A DNA stretch of 62,789 bases, counting the filler, from Candidatus Methanoxibalbensis ujae (GTDB lineage: Archaea; Halobacteriota; Syntropharchaeia; Alkanophagales; Methanospirareceae): assembly GCA_026134085.1 (NCBI GenBank). It is 5 parts of 5 records of this genome, joined end to end, with 100 filler letters (N's around TTAATTAATTAA, not from the genome) between each part and the next. Parts side by side here need not be neighbours in the genome. Positions count along the whole stretch, not along the records: positions 39,219 to 51,580 come from JAOQIN010000051.1; 4 more parts are not named here. One strand, written 5' to 3'. A model generated the notes under the pieces. That model searched no databases. It saw only the letters and a program-made list of their open reading frames with translations, and was not told where the DNA came from. Made by a program: the position numbers and the translations under genes. Positions 39,481 through 49,903 of the stretch are shown piece by piece (positions within the stretch are counted from its first letter, which is position 1; each line of letters starts with the position of its first letter).

Positions 39481-39582
39481 CACCTCCGCCAGGAAGGCTG
39501 AAAGAGCGGTGTGGGTGAAGATGAAAGCTGCGTGATAGTTCACATGGAAAAGAATAAAAATAGAAGGGAATAATAAGGGGAT

Positions 39583-39873
39583 ATGACGGAGGAGATATCA
39601 CTGGAAGAATATAAAAAAGCGTACAGAGAGATAAGAAAAGAAGAAGAAAAGAGAGGCTTTTTAGTTCATTTGGTGGTGTATGTGTTGGTTAATGCGATGT
39701 TGATAGCCATTAACCTCATATATTCTCCAGAGGATATTTGGTTCTTTTATCCTCTTATAGGTTGGGGAATTGGAATATCAATGCATTATCTATTTGGTGT
39801 TCGTTGGTTGGAAAAAGAACTTGAGGAAAGAGAAGCTAAAGCTGAGTATAGGGCGAGGGAGATGAGGAGATAA
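39583..39873 (+). CDS. 2TM domain protein
   Basis: GFLVHLVVYVLVN...WFFYPLIGWGIGISMH. Confidence 0.85.
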   Translation: MTEEISLEEYKKAYREIRKEEEKRGFLVHLVVYVLVNAMLIAINLIYSPEDIWFFYPLIGWGIGISMHYLFGVRWLEKELEEREAKAEYRAREMRR

Positions 39874-40063
39874 CGATCTTCCCCGACAGCGCTCACTGCT
39901 GCGACAGCGGATAAAAGGCTTAGCTTCGGCAACTTATTTTATCCAACTTATTTCATCCAACGCTAAACTTATAACAACGCTGAGTTGTGATATAATTGAT
40001 GCCAAGAAGATGCGGCGACTTTCGGGTGCTGCGGAGGTCGCTGTTGATGCGGTGATGTGAGAA

Positions 40064-40660
40064 ATGTCTTCGGATTGGATTGTGGAGATAGGCAAGACTG
40101 CCATGGAAGTTCTGGTTGTAATTGCGGTTGTCGTTTCGGTATCGTATGCGATGACTGGCTCATGGAACATAGGCTTTGCGGTGGAATCGCGCAGTATGGA
40201 GCCCAACATTCATGTCGGCGACCTGATTTTTGTTGTGTCTCCATCTCACACGGATATCATCACATATGAGGAGGGCATGAAAAAAGACTACAAGACATTC
40301 GGCGATTACGGGGATGTCATCATATACCGACCCAATGGTCGCAGTGATGCCACACCCATCATTCACAGAGCGATTAAGTGGGTTGAAAAGGGGGAGAAGA
40401 TGCCTGATGGGAGACCTGCACCTCATTCAGGCTACATAACCAAAGGAGATGCGAACACATTTCCGGATCAAGTCGCGCTCACCACCATAGATGGCGAGAG
40501 AATAGAACCTGTGAAGGAGAAATGGATAATAGGTGTTGCTCGTTTCAGAATTCCTTATCTCGGATATCCATCTCTCGCACTTCACGGAGCTCTATCCTAC
40601 ATCCGCTCTCTCTTCCTGTCCTGTGCGCAGACATCGCAGACATCGCATCAGCAGCGTTGA
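40064..40660 (+). CDS. Signal peptidase I (S26, archaeal Sec11 type)
   Basis: TM, VESRSMEP catalytic Ser, GDVIIY, PIIHRA, ITKGDAN, IPYLG. Confidence 0.93.
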   Translation: MSSDWIVEIGKTAMEVLVVIAVVVSVSYAMTGSWNIGFAVESRSMEPNIHVGDLIFVVSPSHTDIITYEEGMKKDYKTFGDYGDVIIYRPNGRSDATPIIHRAIKWVEKGEKMPDGRPAPHSGYITKGDANTFPDQVALTTIDGERIEPVKEKWIIGVARFRIPYLGYPSLALHGALSYIRSLFLSCAQTSQTSHQQR

Positions 40661-41158
40661 AGTTTGAGTTGTTTCTCCTCCCTCCGTCTTACGTCTTTAC
40701 GTCTTAGGAGCTCTCCTTCAAGCCGCCTCACAATTCTATCAAAGTCACCATTCATCAAATTGTGATTGCTGACTGTGAGCTTGGGCTCTCTTCACACGCA
40801 ACACATAATGACACCCCATCAGCAGTGCTGAGAGGGAATTGCTCCTCATGTGCCAACATCAGTCCTCTCAGAGAAAGCCTATCGCATGCCTGCTGTGCAT
40901 CTAAATGGGCATGTGCGCCAACTGAAAGACCGATAGGGATAAGAACTTACGAATCTCGGCGGGCTCTGGTGGAGGGTGGAGTTTACTCCGGTGGAGGGTG
41001 GAGTTTAGACAGGGGTGTTGAAATGGATTGTTGAAATGAATGGATGGGATGATTTGCTGTTTGGGGAGTTTTGTGAGAGGCACATGAGCATTATGCGTTT
41101 CAGTGCGCCCTCTGAAGCTGCAGTGTGGGGAAAGATAACACAGGCAGTGCTGGCGGGC

Positions 41159-41620
41159 TCAGATATGAGAGAACATCTGCATTGCCTCACGGTTCCTTTG
41201 TATGACTTCTTCCTCTATCGCCTTTGCGATTTTCCTGCTCCGCTCAGCCTTTTCTTCATCGCCCATGAGCGAATAAACGCGTGCGAGGTTGCGAAACACG
41301 GAGATACCATCGTCTATCAGATATTCTCGCAGACTTGCAGCTGCGTTGAAAAAGCCAACAGCCCTGTCATATCGCTCCATGCTCGCATATGCGACACCAC
41401 AGTCATTGCACACTTTTGCAAGCGTGGGCAGGGATGCTCCCCGCTTTATCACTTCCTTGTAAATCGCAATCGCCTCGCCGTATTTGCCATCATACAGATA
41501 CTGTTCGCCGACATCAAGAAGGTCTTCGGGAGTTTTCTCGCTCACATCTCCTTCCACCGCGCAGCTCTCCTCCTCATCCTGCGCTATCAGCTCCTCAAGA
41601 ATTTTCCGAATGTCCTCCAT
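41159..41620 (-). CDS. TPR-repeat protein
   Basis: Helical repeats (GEQYLYDGKYGEAI, GVAYASMERYDRAV, NLARVYSLMG). Confidence 0.8.
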   Translation of the reverse strand: MEDIRKILEELIAQDEEESCAVEGDVSEKTPEDLLDVGEQYLYDGKYGEAIAIYKEVIKRGASLPTLAKVCNDCGVAYASMERYDRAVGFFNAAASLREYLIDDGISVFRNLARVYSLMGDEEKAERSRKIAKAIEEEVIQRNREAMQMFSHI

Positions 41621-42387
41621 CTCTCCACCTTCCTTCCCCTTTTATTTATATCTGTCGCAGATCCTCATCTCATGACATAAAAGTGGAACAGGCGTTCAAT
41701 GAACGGGAAATGAACATTCTTCACCGTGAGAGTGATGTTTCGTCTCTCCGTATACTCCCTCTTCTGCTCCTACCTCTGCCATCCACAGCGGAGGCTTGGA
41801 CTTTCGGATGGCTGACAGCGGTCCTGTCATCTACTTTTGCGCCTCGCGACCATGATAATGTTTTTGTTTTCAGTATCCGACGGAGGAGCGGGAGGAGAAG
41901 TTGTTTTGTGGGTGGCCATATGGAAGGGTAGCGAGGAGTTGCCATTGAGGTTTGATCTTCAGGCGATGTTGTCAATTAGCGATGTTGTCAATTAAAGAGA
42001 AGCCGGTAAAGACGGTGCAAAGACGCTCCAGATGTCAGGTGGAAGAAGAGAGGAAATGAAGGTTGAGAATTAAAATTATAATAATAAGAGGGACAGGCTT
42101 TATCAAAGGCTGGAGAAGTCCGATACCGACCCTTGGAAGTATAGAGAGAAATAAAGTAAAAAGCGGTGAGTTGCGCTTATTGGAGGATGGAGCCGACAGG
42201 GAATCTCCCCGCTCGGGCGAGAGTTTCAGAGTGAATCAGAGTGAAAGGGCAGCAGCATCAAGGAGCATGATGTTGTTCCGGTGAGATCTCGCTCTCACGC
42301 TTCCGAAAAATCCGCAGAGCGACCATACGGAACACGCGTGATATATGTTGCGTGAATATAAAATGGGTAGGAGTTCAACAGGAGAAG

Positions 42388-43395
42388 ATGGATTTTGAGA
42401 ACTGCAAATTATGTGCGTGGGAATGTGGTGTTGACAGAACTGCGGGGGAGAGAGGTGTGTGTGGTGTTTTGAATCCTGAGATCGCATACACAAATCTCGC
42501 GCTTGTTCTACGTGCGTATTCTGTGACGATGCTCGGCTGCTGTTTCAGGTGCATATACTGCAATGCATATCGCATATCGCAATATCCGCTGTCAGCGTGG
42601 TTTTATCGTGGGTTTGTGCCGCCTGAGGAGGTTGCCAAAGAAGCGGTTGATCGTATAAATTCGGAAGAAGGTCGTGAGATGAATGTGAGAAGGATGAGCT
42701 TTACAGGTGGCGAGCCCACAATTCACCTGCCGTACATAGAGGAGGTTGTGAGACTTGCGAAAGATATGATGCCTTCTCTTGAGATAGGATTTGCGACAAA
42801 CGGATTTGCGTCTGAGGATGCGATGCGCAGGATTGTTGAGATATGCACACACATAAGTTTTGAGATTAAGGCGTTTAACGATGACACGCATCGTTCAATA
42901 ACAGGTGCGCCTGTTGAGCCGGTGCTGCGGAATGCGGAATTTCTGATAAAGCGTGCGCGTGCGAAAATACGGACGATAAGAACGGTTGTGATACCTCATA
43001 TAAACGAGGATGAGATCACCGCGATAGCGGAGTTCATCGCATCTCTCGACCCCTCAGTGCCTCTGCGCATCATACCTTTCAGACCGAGTTTCATGCTTTA
43101 TTATCATCCAGGACCCACAAAACGGAGGATGGAAGAGCTTGGAGAGGCTGCGAAGAAGGCGGGACTTGAAAATGTGTGGTGGGGAGGATACTATCCCATA
43201 GGCACATCAAAGAACGCAATGGAAACACTCCGGCGCGAGAGGTTTCAGGTTGAGCATGACGGTGCGAAGCTTGCGCTCGCCTATGCAAAACTTGCGGGAT
43301 GCACAAGAGGTGAAGCCCGAAACTGCGGCTCATGCCCTCTGAATGACAGATGCCCAGCAGTGCTGAAAGAGCCATGGCTTCTTGACATTGACTGA
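42388..43395 (+). CDS. Radical SAM protein, PflX/activase-like, with extra N- and C-terminal Cys clusters
   Basis: CKLCAWEC...CGV, CCFRCIYC, FTGGEPT, ATNG, C-terminal C...CGSCPLNDRC. Confidence 0.88.
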   Translation: MDFENCKLCAWECGVDRTAGERGVCGVLNPEIAYTNLALVLRAYSVTMLGCCFRCIYCNAYRISQYPLSAWFYRGFVPPEEVAKEAVDRINSEEGREMNVRRMSFTGGEPTIHLPYIEEVVRLAKDMMPSLEIGFATNGFASEDAMRRIVEICTHISFEIKAFNDDTHRSITGAPVEPVLRNAEFLIKRARAKIRTIRTVVIPHINEDEITAIAEFIASLDPSVPLRIIPFRPSFMLYYHPGPTKRRMEELGEAAKKAGLENVWWGGYYPIGTSKNAMETLRRERFQVEHDGAKLALAYAKLAGCTRGEARNCGSCPLNDRCPAVLKEPWLLDID

Positions 43396-43434
43396 TGCCC
43401 ATTCGCCATCTCAATCTCCGTTCTGTTTGCCTCT

Positions 43435-44058
43435 GTGCTGCTCTGTGAGGTGCTGCTCTGTGAGGAGGGCGGGCTGCGAGAGGTGGCAATGGTGATGGTG
43501 ATGGCAATGGCGATGGCGGTTGAGCTGCTGCGGAATGAGGAGGAGCTTGTGAAGGAGTTATGCAGGCGTTTGCGGAGGATGAATGCGTCCAGAATACTTG
43601 ATGTTGGCTGTGGGACGGGCAAGCTCGCACTTTTTCTGGCTGTTCATCTCTCATGTGAGGTTATAGGGATAGACATAGACGCTGAAAAGGTTGCGAAAGC
43701 AAGGGAAAGAGCGACAGAGCTCGGATTTCCGAGCGAGAGTGTGCGGTTTTATGTGCAACCGGCGGAGCGGACGATGTTTCCTGACGGATATTTTGATTCC
43801 GTTGTCTCATTGAAGGCATTACATGAGCTTGCGGATGCCAGTCGCTCGCTGAGTGAGGCTTTCCGAATTCTGCGGCATGGAGGCATCATCTGCATAATAG
43901 ACTGGGTGAAGGACACTCAAACAACGAGATCACATATGCATGCGCCGTTGTATTTCTCCGAGGAGCGACTGGTTGAGGAGATGCATCGTGCAGGATTTTT
44001 GTGCGTGCGTGTTGAGAAGAAAGAGGATCTCATGCTTGCTGAGGGATTGAAAAAATAA
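43435..44058 (+). CDS. Class I SAM-dependent methyltransferase (start uncertain)
   Basis: ILDVGCGTG, GIDID, FDSVV, RILRHGG. Confidence 0.88.
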   Translation: MLLCEVLLCEEGGLREVAMVMVMAMAMAVELLRNEEELVKELCRRLRRMNASRILDVGCGTGKLALFLAVHLSCEVIGIDIDAEKVAKARERATELGFPSESVRFYVQPAERTMFPDGYFDSVVSLKALHELADASRSLSEAFRILRHGGIICIIDWVKDTQTTRSHMHAPLYFSEERLVEEMHRAGFLCVRVEKKEDLMLAEGLKK

Positions 44059-44059
44059 G

Positions 44060-44110
44060 ATATAATTTATGATTTTTAAAATAAAATGATAAAATAATTT
44101 TAAAATAGTC
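44060..44110 (+). promoter_or_regulatory. AT-rich candidate promoter of the mcr operon
   Basis: Two TTTTAAAAT boxes in a very AT-rich stretch about 100-130 nt upstream of mcrB; AGGAGGT SD before the start. Confidence 0.45.
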
Positions 44111-44202
44111 GTCTCAAAATTGGAAGGGGCAAAAAAATGAAAAGACTTAAAAATAGCTCGCTGGAAGCTAAGGAACGGAAGGAAGAAAGGAGGTAAAAAG
44201 CC

Positions 44203-45525
44203 ATGGCGCGGAAGATAGAGGATAAGGTGGACTTGTATGACGAGAGGGGCAACCTCCTTGTGAAGGATGTGCCCCTTGAGGCGCTGAGTCCACTGAGGAA
44301 CCCGGCGATAAAGAAGATAGTGAGTCTTGTTGTTCGTGCGGGAGCGATAGATCTTGCAGGTATGGATGCGAGGCTTAAGACAGGGAAGCTGGGCGGCAAG
44401 GGCATGATGATAAGAGGACGAGAGATGGACTTGGACCTTGTCGGCAAGGCGAACGAGATAGCAAAAGAGGTGGAGGATCTGTTGAGGGTGGAGGAAGGAG
44501 ACGACACGGAGGTCAAGGTCATTGCTGGAGGTAAGAGGATACTGGCGGTATGCCCGACTGCGAGAATACTCACGGACTACTCAGCAGCGTTCACAGCCAT
44601 AATGGCTGCGCTGACGCAGGCGGTCATAGATGTGTGCAATGTGGACATGTGGAAGGTTGACACGATAAAGGCAGCTGTATGGGGAATGTATCCACAGGAC
44701 CCCGACGCGGCAGGTGCTGCGGTGAAGATGCTTGTTGATGTTCCTATCAGGAATGAAGGTATGGGATATGTGTTGAGGAACATTCCTGTGAACCACATCG
44801 CTGCCACTGTGAGGAAGCGAGCTATACCTGGTGCGTGCCTGTCAATGACGCTTGAGGAGGCTGCGTGCTACGAGATGGGAGATGCGATTGGGCCATTTGA
44901 GAGAGGTCATCTCCTGGACTTCGCATATGAGGGTCTGAATGCGAACAACTTGCTCTACACGCTCATTAAGGAGAACGCGAATGGAACGCTCGCAGATGTT
45001 GTTTATTCGACGGTTGAGAAGGCGAAGGCGGACGGCGTGATAAAGGAGAAGAAGAAGATGCCCTCAGGCTTCGTTGTGTATGGCACTGATGACCTGCAGC
45101 TGTGGAACGCATACACATGTGCGGGACTTCTTGCGGCTGTCTGTGTGAACTGTGCTGCGATGAGAGCGGGACAGGCGGTCCCGTCAAACATCATGTACTT
45201 CTGTGACCTGATTGAGCATGAGACTGGGCTGCCATCACCTGACTACGGCAGAGCAATTGCAACTTCTGTGTCATCGTCGTTCTTCTCACACTCCATTTAC
45301 GGTGGCGGCGGTCCTGGTGTGTTCCACGGAAACCACATCGTGACAAGACACTCAAAGGGTCCGTTCATACCGTGCTTCACGGCGGCGATGTGTCTGGATG
45401 CGGACACGCTGTACTTCACGCCGGCGAGGACATCTGCGCTCTACGGTGAGGTGCTCGGCGCAATCCCAGAGTTTGCAGAGCCGATGAAGGCGATTGCGGA
45501 GGGAGCGAAGCAGATAATGAAGTGA
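44203..45525 (+). CDS. mcrB: Methyl-coenzyme M reductase beta subunit
   Basis: DLYD...VPLEALSPLRNP, SFFSHSIYGGGGPGVFHGNHIVTRHSKG. Confidence 0.98.
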   Translation: MARKIEDKVDLYDERGNLLVKDVPLEALSPLRNPAIKKIVSLVVRAGAIDLAGMDARLKTGKLGGKGMMIRGREMDLDLVGKANEIAKEVEDLLRVEEGDDTEVKVIAGGKRILAVCPTARILTDYSAAFTAIMAALTQAVIDVCNVDMWKVDTIKAAVWGMYPQDPDAAGAAVKMLVDVPIRNEGMGYVLRNIPVNHIAATVRKRAIPGACLSMTLEEAACYEMGDAIGPFERGHLLDFAYEGLNANNLLYTLIKENANGTLADVVYSTVEKAKADGVIKEKKKMPSGFVVYGTDDLQLWNAYTCAGLLAAVCVNCAAMRAGQAVPSNIMYFCDLIEHETGLPSPDYGRAIATSVSSSFFSHSIYGGGGPGVFHGNHIVTRHSKGPFIPCFTAAMCLDADTLYFTPARTSALYGEVLGAIPEFAEPMKAIAEGAKQIMK

Positions 45526-45604
45526 TCGTGCAGCGGCGTGAGGAGTCAGGATAAAGAGTCGGGAATCCCATTAAAAAAAGAAAAAAAAAAGAGAGGAAAA
45601 CGCT

Positions 45605-46000
45605 ATGGAGCTCTTCAACACCTCCACCCCTCACCGTTCCCCTGATCGTCAGCGACATGATGAGGAGCAGCGTGAGGATGTGAAGCCCGAGATACAGATT
45701 GTGCCGCACCGTCTGCTCAGTGAGCGGACAGGTATGAGGCTGATAGATGAGTTGAAGACGGTCGGGCTTGTGTCCAGGATAGGATATGCAGGTCCCGGTG
45801 ACATGATCGGATACATCTGGGTGGAGGTGTACGGGTTCCATAGCGAGACTATGGAGCGTATAAGGACCATTTGTGATGAACATCTCCCCTTCGGATATGA
45901 TCTGAGTATTGGAAGGTTCACCAAGCATCGCAAAACCGTCTCAGATTATATCCGGGAAGATATGATGAGGAGAAGACGGGAGGGAGATGTGGAGAGATAG
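45605..46000 (+). CDS. mcrD: Methyl-coenzyme M reductase operon protein D
   Basis: IQIVPHRLL, GYIWVEV, ICDEHLPFGY, GRFTKHRKTVSDY; position between mcrB and mcrG. Confidence 0.88.
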   Translation: MELFNTSTPHRSPDRQRHDEEQREDVKPEIQIVPHRLLSERTGMRLIDELKTVGLVSRIGYAGPGDMIGYIWVEVYGFHSETMERIRTICDEHLPFGYDLSIGRFTKHRKTVSDYIREDMMRRRREGDVER

Positions 46001-46039
46001 GATAGGATGAATGATAGGTGAAGAAGGAGGTAAGGAGAA

Positions 46040-46879
46040 ATGCCACAATATTGTGCTGGCGGGAGCCATATAGCTGAGAACAGAAGGAAATACATGAACC
46101 CTGAATACAAACTGGAGAAGTTGCGAGACATACCAGAGGAGGACATCGTGAGGTTGCTTTCGCACAGGGCGCCCGGCGAGGAATACAAGAGCATTCACCC
46201 GCCATTGGAGGAGATGGAAGAGCCAGAGTGCGTCGTTCGTGAGCTTGTTCCGCCGACGGAGGGTGCGAAGGCGGGAGACCGCATCAGGTTCCTGCAGTTC
46301 ACAGACTCAATGTTCTTTGCGCCTATCACGCCTAGGCAGAGACCATGGGTGTATTACAACAGGTGGAGAGGCATAGATGTCGGTGTGCTTTCAGGCAGAA
46401 CGATCATTGAGTGCAGGGAGCGTGATCTGGAGAAGATTGCGAAGGAGTTGATTGACTCGGAGCTGACGGATGCCGCACGCACTGGAATAAGAGGCAGAAC
46501 AGTTCACGGACACTCTGTGAGGCTTGATGAGCACGGCATGATGTTTGACGCACTTCGCAGATACATGTATGATGAGTCAACGGGCGAGGTCATATATGTG
46601 AAGGACGCTGTTGGAGGTCCTCTGGACAAGCCCATATCAATGGGCAAGCCGCTTCCTGAGGACGAGCTCCGAAAGAGAACAACGATGTACAGAAATGCGC
46701 AGGGTGGTGTTTGGATAGAGGCTGACGACCCAGAGGCAAATGATGTGATATCAGAGGTGCACTGGAACAGGACACTCGGCGGATTCCAGCCATGGAGGAA
46801 GAGAGAGGAGATACCGGGCAACAAAGACATAGGCGTTCCCGGGCTGAAGCTGTACGTGCCTCGCGGTGGTGTTGAGTAG
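46040..46879 (+). CDS. mcrG: Methyl-coenzyme M reductase gamma subunit
   Basis: HRAPGEEYKSIHPPL, GDRIRFLQFTDS, LSGR, VHGHSVRLDEHGMMFD. Confidence 0.98.
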   Translation: MPQYCAGGSHIAENRRKYMNPEYKLEKLRDIPEEDIVRLLSHRAPGEEYKSIHPPLEEMEEPECVVRELVPPTEGAKAGDRIRFLQFTDSMFFAPITPRQRPWVYYNRWRGIDVGVLSGRTIIECRERDLEKIAKELIDSELTDAARTGIRGRTVHGHSVRLDEHGMMFDALRRYMYDESTGEVIYVKDAVGGPLDKPISMGKPLPEDELRKRTTMYRNAQGGVWIEADDPEANDVISEVHWNRTLGGFQPWRKREEIPGNKDIGVPGLKLYVPRGGVE

Positions 46880-47003
46880 GTGAAGTAAGTAAGCATCTCA
46901 AAAATGGAAAGATTTTCAAAAGCGAGAAGAATGTGAATGGTATGGTGAGGATGTGAGTAATAGGTCATAAGGTAAAAGAGGAAAAAAGGAGGAGGTGGAT
47001 AGA

Positions 47004-48689
47004 ATGCCATATAGGGATATTTCCCACAGCTTTATGAGGGCGATGTCCGAGAAGTTTGCGGAGAAGCCTGAGGACACGAAGACGAAGTTCTTTGTGTATG
47101 GTGGCTGGAAGCAGTCTGTGAGGAAGAAGGAGTTCGTTGAGGATGCGCAGAAGATTGTGGACAGAAGAGTGAATAAGACACCCGCATACAATCCTGATGT
47201 TGGAATGCCTCAGGGTCAGAGATTGCTGATGTCATATATGCTCAATCACACTGACATATTTGTGCATCATGATGACCTGCACTTCGTGAACAACGCAGCG
47301 ATGCAGCAGTGCTGGGACGACATGCGCAGAACGATCCTGCTTGGACTGGATGATGCTCACAGGCTGCTTGAGACGAGACTCGGAAAGGAGGTCACACCTG
47401 ACACGATAAACCACTACATGGAAGTGCTGAACCACGCGCTTCCTGGCGCTGCTGTGGTTCAGGAGCACATGGTTGAGACGAAGCCAGCACTTGTCTGGGA
47501 CTCCTATGCGAAGTTGTTCACAGGTGATGATGACCTTGCTGATGCGCTTGACAGGAGGTTCCTCATAGACATAAACAAGGAGTTCGCAGCAGGCTGGGAC
47601 AAGCCGCTTGAGCAGGCAGAGCAGATAAAAGGAGCGATTGGAAAGACGACATGGCAGGTCCTGAGAATGCCCACAATTGTCGGACACATATGCGACGGCG
47701 GGACAATGTTCAGATGGGTCGGCATGCAGGTTGGAATGACAATGATAAACGCCTACAAGATGTGCGCTGGTGAATCCGCAACTGGAGAGTTCGCTTTCTA
47801 TGCGAAGCACGCAGCAGTTGTTCAGCTGGCGAACTACATGCCCGTCAGGAGGGCGAGGTCTCACAATGAGCCTGGTGGAATTCCACTCGGCATAACTGCT
47901 GACTGCACGCGCTCAATGGCGCTGTTCCCGAATGACCTTGCCCGTGCGGAGCTTGAGGCGATTGCTGTCGCCGCTCTCATGTATGATCAGATATGGTTCG
48001 GCTCTTACATGAGCGGTGGTGTGGGATTCACGCAGTATGCGAGTGCAACATACACGGACAACATCCTTGAGGACTTCTGCTACAAGGGTGATGAGATCGC
48101 CATTGACATGTATGGAGAGCGTGGAAAGGCGCCTGTGAACATGGACACGATTGAGCGCCTCATAAGGGCGGAGAGTGACTACTGCCTGACGCAGTATGAG
48201 GCATACCCGACAACCGCAGAGAGCCACTTCGGTGGTTCTGTGCGTGCATGTTGCGTGGCTGCGGGCGCTTCAACTGCGGTAGCAAGTGCGACTGCTTCAG
48301 CGCAGGCTGCGATAAACGGCTGGGCGCTCTCAATGCTGCTGCACTATGAGCGTGTCGGAAGGCTAGGATTCTACGGATACGACCTGCAAGACCAGGCGAA
48401 CAACCCGAACTCATACTCATACAGGGGCGACGAGGGTCTGCCTTTCGAGATGAGAGGCGTGAACTACCCGATATATGCGATGAATGTCGGTCACCAGAGC
48501 GCTTACTGCGGTCTCGTGCAGGGCGCACACGCAGCTCACAAGGACGCTTGGGTGCTCTCACCGCTCATAAAAGTAGCATTCGCAGACAGGGACCTGCCTT
48601 TCGACTGGGGCTACGTCACCAAGGAGTTCGGAAGAGGCGCTCTCAGAGAGTTCACGCCTGCTGGCGAGCGCGACACAATTATACCATAG
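47004..48689 (+). CDS. mcrA: Methyl-coenzyme M reductase alpha subunit, ANME-1 type
   Basis: [65 protein letters not shown]. Confidence 0.99.
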   Translation: MPYRDISHSFMRAMSEKFAEKPEDTKTKFFVYGGWKQSVRKKEFVEDAQKIVDRRVNKTPAYNPDVGMPQGQRLLMSYMLNHTDIFVHHDDLHFVNNAAMQQCWDDMRRTILLGLDDAHRLLETRLGKEVTPDTINHYMEVLNHALPGAAVVQEHMVETKPALVWDSYAKLFTGDDDLADALDRRFLIDINKEFAAGWDKPLEQAEQIKGAIGKTTWQVLRMPTIVGHICDGGTMFRWVGMQVGMTMINAYKMCAGESATGEFAFYAKHAAVVQLANYMPVRRARSHNEPGGIPLGITADCTRSMALFPNDLARAELEAIAVAALMYDQIWFGSYMSGGVGFTQYASATYTDNILEDFCYKGDEIAIDMYGERGKAPVNMDTIERLIRAESDYCLTQYEAYPTTAESHFGGSVRACCVAAGASTAVASATASAQAAINGWALSMLLHYERVGRLGFYGYDLQDQANNPNSYSYRGDEGLPFEMRGVNYPIYAMNVGHQSAYCGLVQGAHAAHKDAWVLSPLIKVAFADRDLPFDWGYVTKEFGRGALREFTPAGERDTIIP

Positions 48690-48714
48690 ACAACGGCATA
48701 AAAAGAGGACATCG

Positions 48715-48850
48715 CTTCTCTCTCTTTTTTTCTTTTTTTCATTTTTTGTTTGATTGATTGTTTGTTTGATTGTTTGATTGTTTGTTTTAGTGTTCGCTTG
48801 CTTTTGTCATTTATTTCGCCATTTTATCACTTTATCATTTCTTCTTGTAT
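48715..48850 (+). terminator. T-rich terminator region after mcrA
   Basis: Extended T-tracts and TTGATTG repeats. Confidence 0.55.
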
Positions 48851-48965
48851 TTTATCTCCTCGTTGCTTGTGGGACTCAAGAGGGATGAGAGGGAGAATGA
48901 GAGGGAGATACACAGGGAGGGTTATCTACTTCCTTTATATAGAGAGGTGGAAAATAGGAAATCAA

Positions 48966-49574
48966 ATGACGCGGAGAAATGGATATGTCAGGACGACTGC
49001 CGCAGTCATATGTGCACTGATACTCTCAGCAATAGGCTGTTTTGCAGTCACACAGGATGCAAGCATTGAAATCACGAACCTCACAATCTCACCAGAAATA
49101 GCAGAAATCGGTGAAAATGTTACGATAAATGTAACTGTTCATAATCCGACAAATGTGTCGGTGAATGAGACATTGAATTTCAGCATGGACGGTGAGATTG
49201 TATGCACGAAGAATGTGAGCCTGGAAGCAAATGAGACGGAAGTGATTGAGTGTGTCTTCACCGCAAACGAGACGGGAAATTTCACGATAACCCTTGATAA
49301 TCAAAGCGCAAATCTCACAGTTATTGCTCTTCCACCGATTACACCGACACCATCTCCAACTCCAACTCTGACGCCATCTCCAACTCCAACCCCGACGCCG
49401 ACTCCATCTCCATCTCCGACTCCATCTCCAACGCCGACTCCGACTCCGACACCAACTCCGACACCGACTCCATCTCCATCTCCAACGCCTTCGCCAACGC
49501 CCGGCTTTGAAGTGATATTTGCTGTGATAGCGGTAGCGGCGGCAGTGGTCGTGTATGTTGCGAGAAATAAATAA
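48966..49574 (+). CDS. Surface protein with CARDB/Ig-like domain, Pro/Thr linker and PGF-CTERM sorting signal
   Basis: Signal peptide, many N-x-S/T sequons, (PT/PS)n linker, TPGFE plus TM plus basic tail. Confidence 0.88.
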   Translation: MTRRNGYVRTTAAVICALILSAIGCFAVTQDASIEITNLTISPEIAEIGENVTINVTVHNPTNVSVNETLNFSMDGEIVCTKNVSLEANETEVIECVFTANETGNFTITLDNQSANLTVIALPPITPTPSPTPTLTPSPTPTPTPTPSPSPTPSPTPTPTPTPTPTPTPSPSPTPSPTPGFEVIFAVIAVAAAVVVYVARNK

Positions 49575-49757
49575 CGAGCTTGCTCTTTTCGTTCTTTCTT
49601 TTTTTTCTTTCTATTATTTTATTTATTCATTTATCATTCAATTTTTTTATTCAACTGCAAGTCGTAGCACGGCACTTTAAGCTCATGCTGTTTGAAAACA
49701 TTCTGCTTATTAAGCAACAGCATCAGCAACCACGCAGCATCACGCTGCAGTGCACGA

Positions 49758-49840
49758 TGCGGGGGGCGGGATTCGAACCCGCGAATCCCTTCGGAACAGG
49801 ATCTTAAGTCCTGCGCCTTTGTCCTCTTGGCTACCCCCGC
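49758..49840 (-). tRNA. tRNA-Leu (TAA)
   Basis: Reverse complement GCGGGGGTAGCCAAG...CAGGA-CTTAAGA-TCCTG, variable arm, GGTTCGAATCC...CCCCGCA. Confidence 0.95.
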
Positions 49841-49903
49841 TTATTGTTGTTTTGCTTCTTCTCTATCTCTATTAAAGTAATGAAACAATGAGGTGAGAAA
49901 TCC

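Noticed and set aside
41680..42350. RNase P, SRP RNA or an intact gene in this long intergenic region
   Set aside because: No RNase P P4 or SRP helix-8 motif found by eye; only short broken frames
47004..48689. Alkyl-CoM reductase for multi-carbon alkanes
   Set aside because: GVGFTQY and GFYGY aromatic residues are canonical and the sequence has ANME-1 methane-type signatures
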